DNA of 64,000 nt from Sphyrna mokarran. Its lineage: Eukaryota. Made by a program: the position numbers and the translations under genes. The stretch covers positions 52,204,001-52,268,000 of the forward strand of contig JAGIQG010000013.1 in assembly GCA_024679065.1 (NCBI GenBank), given 5' to 3'. Each line of letters begins with the position of its first letter. The stretch's first letter is position 1. A model generated the notes under the pieces. The model saw only the letters and a list, made by a program, of their open reading frames with translations. It was not told where the DNA came from and did not search any database. Positions 38,439 through 50,714 of this stretch are shown here, piece after piece.

Positions 38439-38970
38439 CACAGGTGAAATGCCAGAAGGTAACTAATGTGGTACCTTTATTCAAGAAGAGCAGCAGCAAT
38501 AAGTTGGTAATTAGAGGTCAGTTAGTCTAATGTTAGTGGTAGGGAAATTATTGGAAAAATTTTGGAAGGATAGGATTAATCAATTCTTGGAAAGTTAGGG
38601 ATTAATCAGGGATGGTCCAGAAGGTTAGAACCCATGGAATCCAAAGGCAAAATTGGCCTGTTGATAGAAGGCAAAGGGTGATGGTGGGGTGGGGCGGGGT
38701 GGGGAGGGGGGGGTTGTTTTTGTGATTGAAAGCCTGTGCCCACTGATGCACCACAGGGATTAGTACTGAGGCCCTTGCTATTTGTTACATACATTAACAA
38801 TTTGAATGTGACTGTGGAAGGTATAATTAGTGAGTTTGCACAGAATACAGGAGCAGGGAGATCTGTTACAATTTATAATATTTATAAATTTAGGCTACAG
38901 TTGGAATGTTGTGTGCGTTATGGTCACCACACAATTGGAAGGATATGCTTGCACTGGAAAGGGAGTACAG

Positions 38971-39224
38971 CCAGGTTCAATTCCCAGCTTGGGTCATTGC
39001 CTGTGCAGAGTCTGCATGTTCTCTCCATGTTTGCATGGGTTTCCTCTAGGTGCTCTGGTTTCCTCCCATAGTCCAAAGACATGCTGGTTAGATGCACTGC
39101 CCATGCTAAATTCTCCCTCTGTGTACCCGAACATGTGCCAGAGTATGGCGACCAGATAATTTCCACAGTAACTTCGCTGTAGTATTAATATAAGCCTACC
39201 TGTGAGAAATAAATAAATAAACTT
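38971..39224 (+). mobile_element. 5'-truncated V-SINE, type B tail
   Basis: B-box ggttcaattccc, V-domain, and tail ttccacagtaacttcgctgtag...(aaat)n. Confidence 0.8.
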
Positions 39225-39699
39225 CACAGGAGATACACCAGGAAGTTGCTTGCTTGGGATGCAAAGTTTCAGCCAAGAGGAGGGGCTGGATATGCTGGAT
39301 TTGTTTGCCGCAAAGCAGAGGAGGCTGAGGAGGGATCTTTTAGAGGTATACAAAATTATGGGCAGCATATAGAGTCTAGATCAGAAGAATCTTTTCCTTG
39401 TGACACAGGAGTCTAAGACCAGAGGAGAAGGAAGTGGATTAGAGGGGATCCAAGGAAAATCTTGTCACTAGATAGTGTTGGAAATTTTGAATGTGGTGCC
39501 TGAGAGACTGGTAGAGCCACGTACTCTCACAACATTCAAGAAGCATCTAGGTGATCACTTAAATCACCAAGGCACAGTAGATAATGATCAAGAACTAATA
39601 AGTGGGATTAGTTTAGATTGGTATTTGATGGTTAGCATGGACATGGTAGGTTGAAGGGCCTGTTCCTGTTCTGTATGACACTATGACTATTTCCATATT

Positions 39700-39985
39700 C
39701 CTTAATTCACATAGTCCCCAAAATATTATCAACTTCTGTCTTGACTAAGCTCAATAGAACAGCATTCACAACTCTCTGGGATACAGAACTCGAAAGTGTC
39801 ACAACCATGTGAATGAACAAAATTGTCCTCATCTCAGTCCTAAACAGTCAACTCCTTACCATGGAGACTATGACCCTCTGTGCCAGAGTTTCAGCAGGGA
39901 AATATCTAATTTGTCAAACCTCCTGATAAATGCTTATACATCAATTAGATCACCTGTCATTCTTCTAAATCAAAGAAATATAGGA
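39700..39985 (-). mobile_element. CR1 3' fragment
   Basis: Reverse complement of a CR1 C-terminal and 3' region (attcacaactctctggg, attagatcacctgtcattcttctaaa). Confidence 0.6.
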
Positions 39986-41493
39986 AATGGTTTGGAAAAG
40001 AGCACCCTTGCCATCTTCCCCATGTGCCCCCCCACCCCCCACTGCTTCCTCATTGCGCTCATTCCCTTCAAAGTACTAAAACGGTTGTGGAGGATCTGAG
40101 TCAGTAGCCTTTAAAAGCACTCCACTGCAGCAATAGGCAATCTAGATTAGTGGGTGGGCCACATAAGGGACTCTCCTTCACCTCAGTGTGCTGCGAGATT
40201 GAAATTTGTTAACTAGCCATGGCCTAATGAATAAGATTGAATATACACTAAGTATTATAGAGTGAGTTGTAAGAAATGTTTAATCATTCATATATTAGTA
40301 GAACTACAAATGTGGAAAACAAAATAAATATTTATGCTTTGGAAGCAGGCAGAGTGCAAAATTCTCACAGTCAGTGTTACCATAAACAGCACGTTAGACC
40401 CATGGTCTACGTGCGTACACTTCAATCATACCAGGAGGGAAAAGAAACAATGTGGCTGGAAATTAGCAGAATGTGACAATCCTGCGCGTGAATGAATGTC
40501 AATAAAATATTTCTTGAGCTGCACTCAGAACTTAGATGGATCTCATGTGGCCCTCAGGCTGCATACTTCCCACCACTGGCTTACAGTCTCAAAACTGGTG
40601 GTAATTCAGAGACAAACCCAGATCCCTGTGTGCATCTTCCTGAATATCAACTCATGTACGTAATATATAAAAAAAAATACATGCATATTACACGTGTATG
40701 CTTTTTATATCAATGCATATTATTTAAATCAATCCACAAGGAGGGAAATGGAACAAATTCAATCCAAGGCAGTTTATTTATGAGTCAGAACAATAGTATA
40801 TATGGTAAGTTACCAGTAGAAATACTAAGTCACATATATATCTGGATATTTGAAATGCATTGTTTCTTATGAGGCTGAAGCAACCCTTTACAACCTGCAT
40901 AAATTCATGGATGATAACTGGAACAACTTTTCTTTCAAAACATTGTATGCACTTTTACTCTGCCATGAAGTTATTTATTATAGCTGTTCATCTTTTTGAT
41001 ACATTTCCTATTCTATTCTTATATACATCATTGAGCAATAAACGTTTGTTTACACCAAAGATATATCACTTTAATTGATTGTGAAGCCCAAAAGTTGCAG
41101 AGCACTCATAAATGGTTGTTATAAATATATAACGCTTAAAAATGATTGCTAGCAATATTATTATAGCCACAACATAACTTGTTTCAAATTCTTCTTTGTT
41201 TTAAGGGAGCTAACCTGTTAAAATGAGAGAGTGGAATTAAATACATTGTGTAAATATGAAATTTTTGAATTCTGATTTGACAAGACAAATTAGGAGTAAG
41301 GGTCGGATCCTTCCGTGGGGTATGGGAATCACTGGCAAGGTCAGCACCTGTTGCCCATTCCTCACTGTCCTTAAGAAAATCATGGTCAGCCATCCTCTAG
41401 AACTCCTGCAATCCATCTGGTGAAGACATACAATGCTGTTAGGAAGAGAGTTCCAGGATTTTGAACCAACAACAATGGAAGAATGGCAATGTA

Positions 41494-42540
41494 GGGAATG
41501 ACTCTCCCATTGCGGCCCCCAAATTTTTTGGCGTGTGTGGTCCGGAGAATCGTGTGTTGGCCATTTTGTGCGATTTGCACGTGCTCCTGATGCATACGCG
41601 TCTCCCAGAGCCAGGGAACAGTCACGCTCAGAACTGCGCTGGAAACCGGCGAGAAGAGGCACAAGTGATTTAAATTTATATTTTAACATATTTTAAATAT
41701 ATTTTACATGTGATTATCCATACCGGGCACAATAGCATCTCCCAACCCGCCAGAGGTACTTCATTCCGGTGAGGTTTTGGGAAACTAGTGGAAGACCCTG
41801 CTGGAGCGAAGAGGGCAAACAGGGTCCCCCAGAGGGTTGGATAGCAGGGGGTGGTGCCCCCTAGGCATGGCCCGCCCTGGTAGTACCAGTCTGTGCCCAC
41901 TGGAACTGCCCATGCCTAGAGGGCAGTTTGGCACTGCCCACTGGACATCGGTTTGCTAAGGGAGCAGGCCTATTGTGGACAGGGTCTATTTGGGCAGGGC
42001 CTAGAGGCAATTGGTGGGGTTGGGGGTCCCGCTACCACTCTGCATGGGAAGCGGTCTCGGCTTGAGGGAGGAGCTGTTTGAGGGGCTGGTCTGCTGGGGG
42101 GGGATTTGTCTTCCATCGTGGTGGGGGGGGGAGTCAGCAGGAGAGAGGTGTCTGCTAGGGTAAGCGGGATGGGGTTATTGCCATTGCTGGGGACAGTGGG
42201 GCTGGACATGGGAGTGGTCTGAGATGGGGAAAGTCGGGGCTGGCCTGGGAATTGTGATCAGCCTATGGGGTGTTCCTGCAGCACTGTGGGGATCCTGGAC
42301 TGGTCAGTGATTGGGCTGGCCAGCAAATGAGGAAAATGATAGATCAGGGCCAGGGCACACGTGCAAAGTTCTAGAGCTGTCGGACTGTAATGCGAATAGG
42401 CTCCGCGGTTTTTAATGATATTCATTGTGACCTCTGCATTGCACACAATGGAGAGATTCAGGATTGAAGTTGCACTGAAAAGATAGTGGTGATCTCGAAC
42501 AGTTTTCCCACCAATTCAGCACTTTTGGGAGAATCGCCGC
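41494..42540. mobile_element. GC-rich non-autonomous TIR element (possibly PIF/Harbinger-like)
   Basis: Imperfect TIRs gggaatgactctccc / gggagaatcgccgc, a sharp GC shift, and interruption of the host LINE. TSD not clear. Confidence 0.6.
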
Positions 42541-42605
42541 ATTGTTTCAAAGCACAACAGTGTGTGGCTTTTAGCGGAACTTGCAAGTGACAATGTCCCA
42601 AGTGT

Positions 42606-43030
42606 CTTTTTTTGCATTCATTTGTGGGACATGGGTGTCGCGGGCTGGCCAGCATTTATTGCCCATCTTTAGCTGCCCTTCAGAAGCAGGTGGTGAGCTG
42701 CCTTCTTGAAATACTGATACAACCGAGTGGCTTGCTTGACTATTTCAGAGGGCAGTTGAAAGTCAACTTCATTGCTATGGTTCTGGAGTCACATGTAGGC
42801 CAGACCAGGTAAGGACGGCAATTTACTTACCTAAAGGACATTAGTGAACCAGATGGGTTTTCCACAATTGGCAAAAAGTTTTATGGTCATCAGGAGATTC
42901 TTAATGCCAGATGCGTGTTATTAAATTCAAATTCTATCATTGCTGTAGTGGGATTCAAACCTGGGTCCCAGAATATTATCTGAGCTCCTGGATTAATAGG
43001 TTAACGATAATACCACTAAGCCATCACCCC
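42606..43030 (-). mobile_element. tRNA-derived SINE (second family) with LINE-derived tail
   Basis: B-box on the minus strand near 42950-42965. Its tail (ctggccagcatttattgcccat) matches the 3' end of the host LINE at about 41315-41360. Confidence 0.7.
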
Positions 43031-43433
43031 TCTTAGAGCCCTTGTTGTACTTGGTGGTAGAGATTCAGGTTTCTGCAGCTGAATGAGTGTTGGTGTCTGT
43101 GGTGGAGGGGTTAAATTTTTAAGGTGGTAGACAGGGTGCCAATCAAGTGGGTTGCTTTGTTCTGGATGTTTTTGAGCTTCTTGACTGTAGTTGGAACTGC
43201 ACCTATATAAGCAAGTGGGGAGTATTATGTCACACTCCTGATTGTTGCCTTGTAGATGTTGGACTTATTTTGGGAAGTCAGAAGATGAGTTTCTCATCGC
43301 AGAATTCACAGATTCTAACTTGTGCTCGAAGGCATAATATTTATATAGCTGTTACAGTTCAGTTTCTGGTCAATGTTAATTCCAGAATGTTGATGGTGAG
43401 AAATTCAGAGGTAGTAATGCATTTGATTGTCAA

Positions 43434-43772
43434 AGGGAGGCACGGTAGCACAGTGGTTAGCACTGCTGTTTCACAGCTCCAGGATCCTGTGTTTGATTCC
43501 CAACTCGGGTCACTGTCTGAGTGGAGTTTGCACGTTCTCCTCGTGTCCGCATGGGTTTCCTCCAGATACTCCGGTTTCCTCCCATAGTCTAAAGATGCGT
43601 GGGTTCGGTTGATTGGCCATGCTAAGAAATTGTCCCTTAGTGTCTAGGGATGCGTAGGTTAGGGGGATTATTGGGTATAATATGTAGGGATATTGGGTTG
43701 GGCCTGGGTGGAATTGTGTTCAGTGCAGACTCGATGGGCCAAAGGGCCTCTTTCTGCACTGTTGGGTTCTAT
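43434..43772 (+). mobile_element. Full-length HE1-like V-SINE, CR1/HER1-type tail (type A)
   Basis: Head ggcacggtagcacagtggttagcactgc, V-domain, and tail gtgcagactcgatgggccaaagggcctctttctgcactgt. Confidence 0.88.
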
Positions 43773-44648
43773 GGGAGATTATTAGATTCTCTCTTGTTGG
43801 AAATGGTCAAAGCCTGATACTTGTGTGTTGATTATTATTTGCTGCTTATCAGTCTGAGCCTGAATATTGTCCATATGATTGTCAATGGCATCACTCACAA
43901 TAATTTCCAGGCTGAGTAACATCCTCTTAATGATAAAATAATAATGATTATTTTGAAGGGAACATCCCAGTTGTACAACTGATTTCTTACAACTAGGATC
44001 CCTCATTTGCTTGTGAATGCACAGGCAGGAAAGAAACAAGTCCCAGTTTCACACAGTTAAATATTCATAGGCACATTTCCATATACATTGGCCAGTATCC
44101 TGCAAGTATAATAATTCTGACGATATTCTCCTCTGGTTCTCGTATTAAATGCATTTGAATTGAATAAATGCTACCAAGGCAAGAAAACAGATTTCTCTGA
44201 TCCTGTCTTATTATGTAAAACAATAATGAAATGGACTGTTTTTGAAATTGACTGTTGGAACTACATCTACCATGGATATTGATAAAATAAAATGTATTGT
44301 AATCTTCGGTTAGACCCAGAATCATTTCACAGCATAATTTATTCAAGAGGGCTTAATTTTCACTTTGGGCACGATGCCTTGAAGCTTGTGCAGTGATCTG
44401 CAATACAAAGCAATAATGCTGTATGGGCTTCTCAAGACAATCCAAGAAAGAATTTGCAGCTTTGATCCATCAGTTAATGCTCTATTTGCTCAGAACAGGC
44501 TTTGTAACTTAATGCATTGTATACATTCTAAAATGCACTATAACCATAAATTGAAACATCAAGCTATCACCTGGATGTTGGGTCCCAAGTGCAGATCTAA
44601 ACACTTTTTTTAAAAACAGCTATTATTATGCTGTAAACCCCACAAATA

Positions 44649-44949
44649 GGGCAGAACTGTGGCACTGCTGCCTCACAGTACCAGAGACCTGGGTTCAATT
44701 CTAGCCTTGGGTCACTGTCTATGTGGAATTCGCACATTCTCTCTATGTCTATATGGGTTTCCTCCAGGTGCTCCAGTTTCCTCCTACAATCCAAAGATTG
44801 ATTGGCCATAATAAATTGTCCCTTACTGTCAGGAGGATTAGCAGGATAATATGTAGTGTTAAGGGGACAGGGCCTGGGTAGGATTGTTGTTATTGTAGGC
44901 TCGATGGGTTGAATGACTCCTTCTGCATTGTAGGGATTCTATGATTCTA
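44649..44949 (+). mobile_element. HE1-like V-SINE, type A tail
   Basis: Collinear with 43434-43772; ends gattctatgattcta. Confidence 0.85.
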
Positions 44950-44985
44950 AAATACATTTCTATTTTTAGCAAACCTTATGTTTTC

Positions 44986-45812
44986 TGTCAATATGTATGT
45001 TGCTGAAAATACGTTAGTGTACCTTTAAGAGATGTTTTTTCTAAATCAGGTTTTCTGCAGTTGCAAGCAGGCCTTTTTGGCTTCAATTGTTTCTCATTAT
45101 TGGCACCAGTGTTTCTGGAGGAGTCTTTTTATTATTACTTAAATGGAGGTTTGTTTATTTTTACTGGGATGTTTATGACCTTGCATTGTTAGAAGAAAAA
45201 CTGGTTGGCAGGGCAAGTGACAGGAACTTTTTCATCTTTCTGTTTGGCTGCAATTTGGGTTTAGTTTTTAGATGGGACATTAAGCTGGAAAGAAGTATCT
45301 CTCTCTCTCTGGTTTTAGAAATTCTGTTGGTCATCTAAAAGCAAAGTCTTATTGTTCTGGAGGAGGGAATCTGCTGTTGCTGGTTTGCTGGGAGTTCCTC
45401 GTGTTTTGGGAAGCTGTTCTGAATCTATCCAGAGAACTGTAAGCTTCATCCAAAGGAGTCAGTTACAGTATCACATCAGCATTAGTCTATGCTGTATTAA
45501 ACCTGTTTGAAGGATCTTGATTTTGGGATTGGTTTGATTGGGTCAGCTCCAATATTCGTAAAAGGTTATACATTATCATGGTTGTTTTGGTGTTGTCTGT
45601 AATTGATAGAAGTTATTGTTAATATTCCTACTATACATGTCGACTATATTCTTAAATGAACTTTGTTTGATAAAAGCTGTCTTGTGGGTCATTTGAATCA
45701 TACCTGAAGTGAAGCCTGTCATGCTTATCCTAGCCAAATTCAAGATGCAAAACTTATGATCCAGGCAAGCTCCATAAAACACTCTGGAGTTTTTGACCTG
45801 AACCACATAAAA
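44986..45812 (+). mobile_element. Probable solo LTR
   Basis: Begins TGT, ends in a decayed cataa(c)a, is about 830 bp long, and has an internal cctttaag and (TC)n block like recalled shark LTRs. No clear TSD. Confidence 0.45.
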
Positions 45813-45839
45813 GATATTTTGTTGAAGCTTTTCATGTTC

Positions 45840-46025
45840 AGTGACTGGCTGCCATTGTTCTATGTTCTCCATTGTTGTCCTCTTGGCAACAATTCAACCA
45901 GAATCAGCTTGCCAATCAATCAGCACATCCTTTTCCTGTAATATAAATTGTTGTGATCGTTTGAAATTATGTCTTCCTGCGTTTGTCCTAATGCAAGACT
46001 AAAAGCTCTTCTCAGCAATATTCAA
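45840..46025 (+). mobile_element. Fragment of the same repeat family as 3765-4088
   Basis: ccaatcaatcagcac...tataaattgttg...gcaagactaaaagct mirrors the reverse complement of about 3790-3900. Confidence 0.4.
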
Positions 46026-49000
46026 GTAAATTACAAGTATTGAGCATATATTCTAGGCTGACTCTGCAGTGTAATGATGGAACACTGCTAAGTTAGAGGT
46101 ACTGGAATCCATCTTTTCAAGTGAGTTTTTCAGACAAGATTCAAGCTCTGCAGGCAAACAATGAGATTTCTCTTTTTGTTCTCTACTGACATTCGCCACA
46201 ATTTGACTACTGGGTAATTTCACATAATTGCCAGATGAACTTTGCAGCAAATATTCTAACAGTTTCAACAGAATATTTGAACATTTGGACTTAGAGACAC
46301 TCATATTTGGTGTACCTTCTTCATCTATAACAATATATGTCTCCACAACTGACAATCTTAAAAACATCTGTCCAGCTCATCTTCAAAATAACTAACTAAC
46401 ATACCAGTAACGGTGTTAGATGGATCAAACCTTCAAAGAGTTGACTTTCATACAATAAACAATTATTTTGAAATAAGAGAAATGACAAAAATCTCATCCT
46501 GGCACAAGCTTGCTTATCTTGCAGCTCAAATAAGAAAATATACCCCAAAAAGTCATCTATCCTTTCTATTTTCAGATGCTGATGGACTGCTTTAAGTTTA
46601 TGCCATTGTCCAGCTGTATTTAAAAAAGTAGAAATTTCTTGTCATGGCTGCATGAACAGACTAAATCTTCCATTAAAATAGCATAGAGGGGAATTTGGTG
46701 CCAGAGCAGTGAGGATCCAGAAAACAAAACAGGGTCAATGGCAATTTTTCTTCTTATAAATCTTTAATACACATTAGCCATCGTTGCACTATCACAATGC
46801 GAAGTGGATATTATACAAAAACACTGTAAATTAATCTATGACTAATTAGGATCACAAAGACCAAGTATAGATTTTAATACCGAACACCTCTGTCAGGAAG
46901 TTCAAGTCAATTTACAAACCTGATTATTAAGCAGATCTGATCCTTAAAAAAAAAACAATTATTAACTGATCAGTAGCATGCCCTGTTGTATCTGCCTGAC
47001 AATAGCTCAAGATTGGTCCCCAGTTATTAATTCACAGTTCTACTTAAATTGACAGTAATGTGTATGTCAGTACCCAGTGACCATGGTACAATAAGGCTAC
47101 GTTTGGAGATTGTAAGCTCCAGAGTAAATAAGAGAGAGTCGGTAATTCATGAAAGTACAAAATCTGCTTCAACAAGGTGACTTCAACCTTGTTGCTGCAG
47201 ATAACGTCTGACAGTCTGATGGTAGTATATGGCACTCATATTTTAAATCAGCGCTGCCTGCAGAAACACATTTGGGAACATTAATCTGCTGTGAACAACA
47301 AAAATGCCACAAAGTAAAATTAAGAAGCAGAAGACTCAGCTTTAGAAAACAACAAACCTAAGACAGGGGATCATGCAAACACTGAGGACAATAGAGTTTG
47401 CCTCCTTACCATGACTGTTAATCACTACAAAGATACTGCACCATTAATATCCAAACACAGAATTGATGAATCTTTGCTAATTAAAATTTGCCATGCTTCA
47501 TAGAAAGACAAACATAACTTGATTGCAAGCTCTTGAATCTAACATGGAGCAGAATAAAATCATGGACCATTTATTTCATAATTGGTATGTGCCAATCTGG
47601 AATCATGTATCCTAATAAATGACATGTTCCATCTGTTAAACAAGCACTGGGAAAGATTCAAGCTTCACACATGCTGCTGATGTAGCCTCTCAGATAACAG
47701 TTACCAGAAATTAAAAATTCAGACCTAATGAATAGGACCAAATTTGGAACATACAGCACAACAACAATTAAGCACAGCTATTGTAAATTCTTATTTATAA
47801 TATGCCAATTTTATTTATCTATTTTATAGATGCATTTATTTTACAGATTCTTCCAAGATATTTAATGGACTATTGAAATTTTAACTCCGCAGCATCCAGT
47901 GGACCACCTGTGTTTTTATCACACAGAGACAATAAATGCTCTGGCATAAACTGCGATTACCAATACACTGTTCCATTGATAATATGAGGATTTCTGCCTG
48001 AAATTCTTGACAAATCAAGTTCCTAATTTTAGTCATACTACTACATGGAGAATCCTTGAACATAGAGAAATTGTCAGAAGGTTCCCAACCAGATGAAGCT
48101 GATACAGTTCCTAGCAGCCAATTCAGAAAGATCAAAGTCTACATCGGTGAGTAACTTTTCACTCTCTACAATAAGTTCCATCTTGTAAATATAGGTGGCA
48201 ATGGAAGAGTCAAATAGGCTATTATTGTATTTCACAGGAATTACCTTAAAGGGGAAATTAAAACAAACTGCAGCCAAATATTAATGCAAAATATTTCACT
48301 TGATCAATGAATTTCAACTCATACTGCTACAACTATAAAATAAGTTAGAAAAACAGTTTGCTAATTTTTGTAATAACATACAAAACTTTTAGAGAAATAT
48401 GGGGATATGGGGGCAGAATGAAAAACAACACAGGATGAAGCATATTGGAATATAAAATGTCATAGATCAGATGGGCCAAATGGCCTTCTTCTGTTTTATG
48501 GATTCTACATATCTTAGGTCAGTTTCTGAAATACTGAGTTATACTTGTGCTTTCATTTATCACTACAGGGCATTATTGTATCAACCTCTAATTCAAGAGA
48601 ATTGAGATAATTGGTTCTTTGATTTGGCTGGTGGAGGGGGTGGTCTGGGTGAGGGCAGATGGGGAGAATGAGAGGGAATGTGATTATTGGTATATGTAGT
48701 GAAAAGAGAGGCCCCATCACCAATGTTTGAACTATTATCCAACAGGTAGTTGAAGGAAGAACTATCACAACACTTTGCTTTATTATCTTTCAGACATCTC
48801 TATCCATGCCAAATTCTTTGCATAAAATGACCTCTAATTTTCTCAAGCACGTTCATACGTGCCATTTTATCAAATGCTTTTCTAAGCCCAGATAAACAAT
48901 ATTTATCACATTTCTCCAAGGGATTCTGGTCCTGAAATTATGTGAAGGTTCTAATTGGATTCCACCATTACTCTGGCAGGATATTTCTCATTCTGTAATC

Positions 49001-50714
49001 ACTCCTCGACCCCAACTCCCTTCTCCTGCCTGCCAAGCCTCCACCACATGCTGTGATCTATTCTGATTGCCAGGATTCATCCCTGGTGGTGCCTAGCTGG
49101 CACATCAATCTGGCCATCTCACATGAATTTTGAAAAATCAGGTTGGATATTCCACTATTTTGTCACTGAGCTCTTCCAGATCATTAGGTGTTGTATGTTT
49201 ATATAAATCCTTTTGCATACTGCAGCTTGTCATATTCATGTGACCTTTGATGTCATTATATGTAAATAAAGATTTTGTGCAGTAGCCACTTTACACACCA
49301 CATGGAAGAAGGTGTCAGAAAGTGTACAGCTAGGATTGAATAGATTTGGATATTTGTAAGAGAGCCAATAAAAAAAAAGCCAGAATAATTAAAACTTTGG
49401 TCTGTAAACTGTGACAGGACATTACAGCTGCCTAAGTCACTATGGTTTTGAATTGTCCAGTTTCTGCTCTGATTGAGATAAAGGGATACTTCAGGAGGAA
49501 CTGCCAGGGACAATGGCAAAAGTATAAGATTGTTACAGAGTTGAACAGAAAATCTGAACCAATAAGCGCAGCAATCCTGTAACTAGTGATGGGAGAAGGA
49601 GTGCTGCCAGCTATGTTACATCCTAGACCTTAGTGAAGAGCAGAAAAGCCAAAACTGTGAATTCTGGAGACCTTGAGGACTCATCTTGGAATCAATATTA
49701 ATGTATTTTATGAACTCTATGTGCTTAACAATTGGAGCTCTTGAAAAGAGGAAGAATAGTGATCAGTGTGCAACTGCAGTGAGACATCTTGTTGAGCCTT
49801 GAGAATTTAGGCAGCTAAAGGATGATGTGATTGTCTGAGGAACAAGAAATCCTGCTGTAAGAGCACGTCTGCTCAGAAGAGAAACTTAGGGTTAGATTTA
49901 ATCCATTGAGGCGAGAAGCTCAGGTTATGAAATTTCCTGACTTGTCTCATTTAAAGGGGACCCCCACCCGCCATATTTTCATTCTGGGAAGATGGAGGGA
50001 GGATGGAATTAGGCTTGACGCCTCTAGAAGCATACTTAGAAAGACTGCCTTGGTTCCCTGACACTACAGAGTTTTATAAAAGGCTAACCTTAATTCCTCA
50101 CATTGCCTCATACTGTCTACTCCCCCTGCCAATTCCATATTCCAAGCCATCAACATGCCTCTTTGCCACCTTTATGCTTCGAGATGGAGGGCACTAAATG
50201 CCATCATTTCAGCTAAAACAAATCAAAACCTTGGACTCATTACGCTTTAAACAGCAGAAGAGATTTGCTGTGTTTTGCATAAGACCAAGCCATTGACAGC
50301 TGAATAGGTTCTGATAGACAACTATCTTGTTCAGATCAAGCAAACTATATGAGAAGCAACACTTGAATTGCAAAAGGAAGCTATGATGAAATGATAACTT
50401 AAAACTATCAAGTCCATAGCTGTTGCTGTAAGAGAGAATCAGGAATACAAATGGCTTCCCAAGATGGCATCTTGTACAGTTGGCTTTGATAGCTAGATAA
50501 GCATTACTAAAAGTGTGAAGGCGGATAGGCAATGGCAAACATTGAAAAAGTGAATGGGTGAACTGCAACAACTGTTTATTTCTGTTTGATGCAAACGTAG
50601 AATGGGAAAGGTGGCCAAACCATGGGAAATTAGGGATAGAATTAAATCTAAGGAGAAGTATACAAATTGGCCAGTAAAAAACAATAGCCCTATTTATTGG
50701 GAACAGTTTAGAAT

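Larger units (their letters stand above)
37680..39690 (+). mobile_element. Degenerate CR1 LINE with internal deletions, hosting a Penelope-like palindrome and a SINE
   Basis: Remnants TRKRVGLIKDQRDNLC, ANVVPLFKK-like and PQGLVLRPLLFVTYINNL; CR1 3' UTR ending in tatgac repeats. Confidence 0.8.
41290..43870 (-). mobile_element. CR1-group LINE 3' fragment hosting three nested insertions
   Basis: SKSWNSLPNSIV motif in ORF 41237-41689. The host sequence resumes after 42540, 43030 and 43772. Confidence 0.65.

Noticed and set aside
42821-42850. AG|GTAAGT recursive-splice-like site on the minus strand
   Set aside because: It lies in a SINE, has a very short pyrimidine tract, and the branch-like motif is too close to the AG.
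43434-43510. tRNA genes
   Set aside because: The A/B boxes belong to SINE heads followed by a V-domain and tail; no intact cloverleaf was seen.
47170-47240. Short minus-strand ORF (MSAIYYHQTVRRYLQQQG) with a 9-bp hairpin, as another first exon or a miRNA
   Set aside because: The donor is weak and out of phase, and the stem is far too short for a pre-miRNA.
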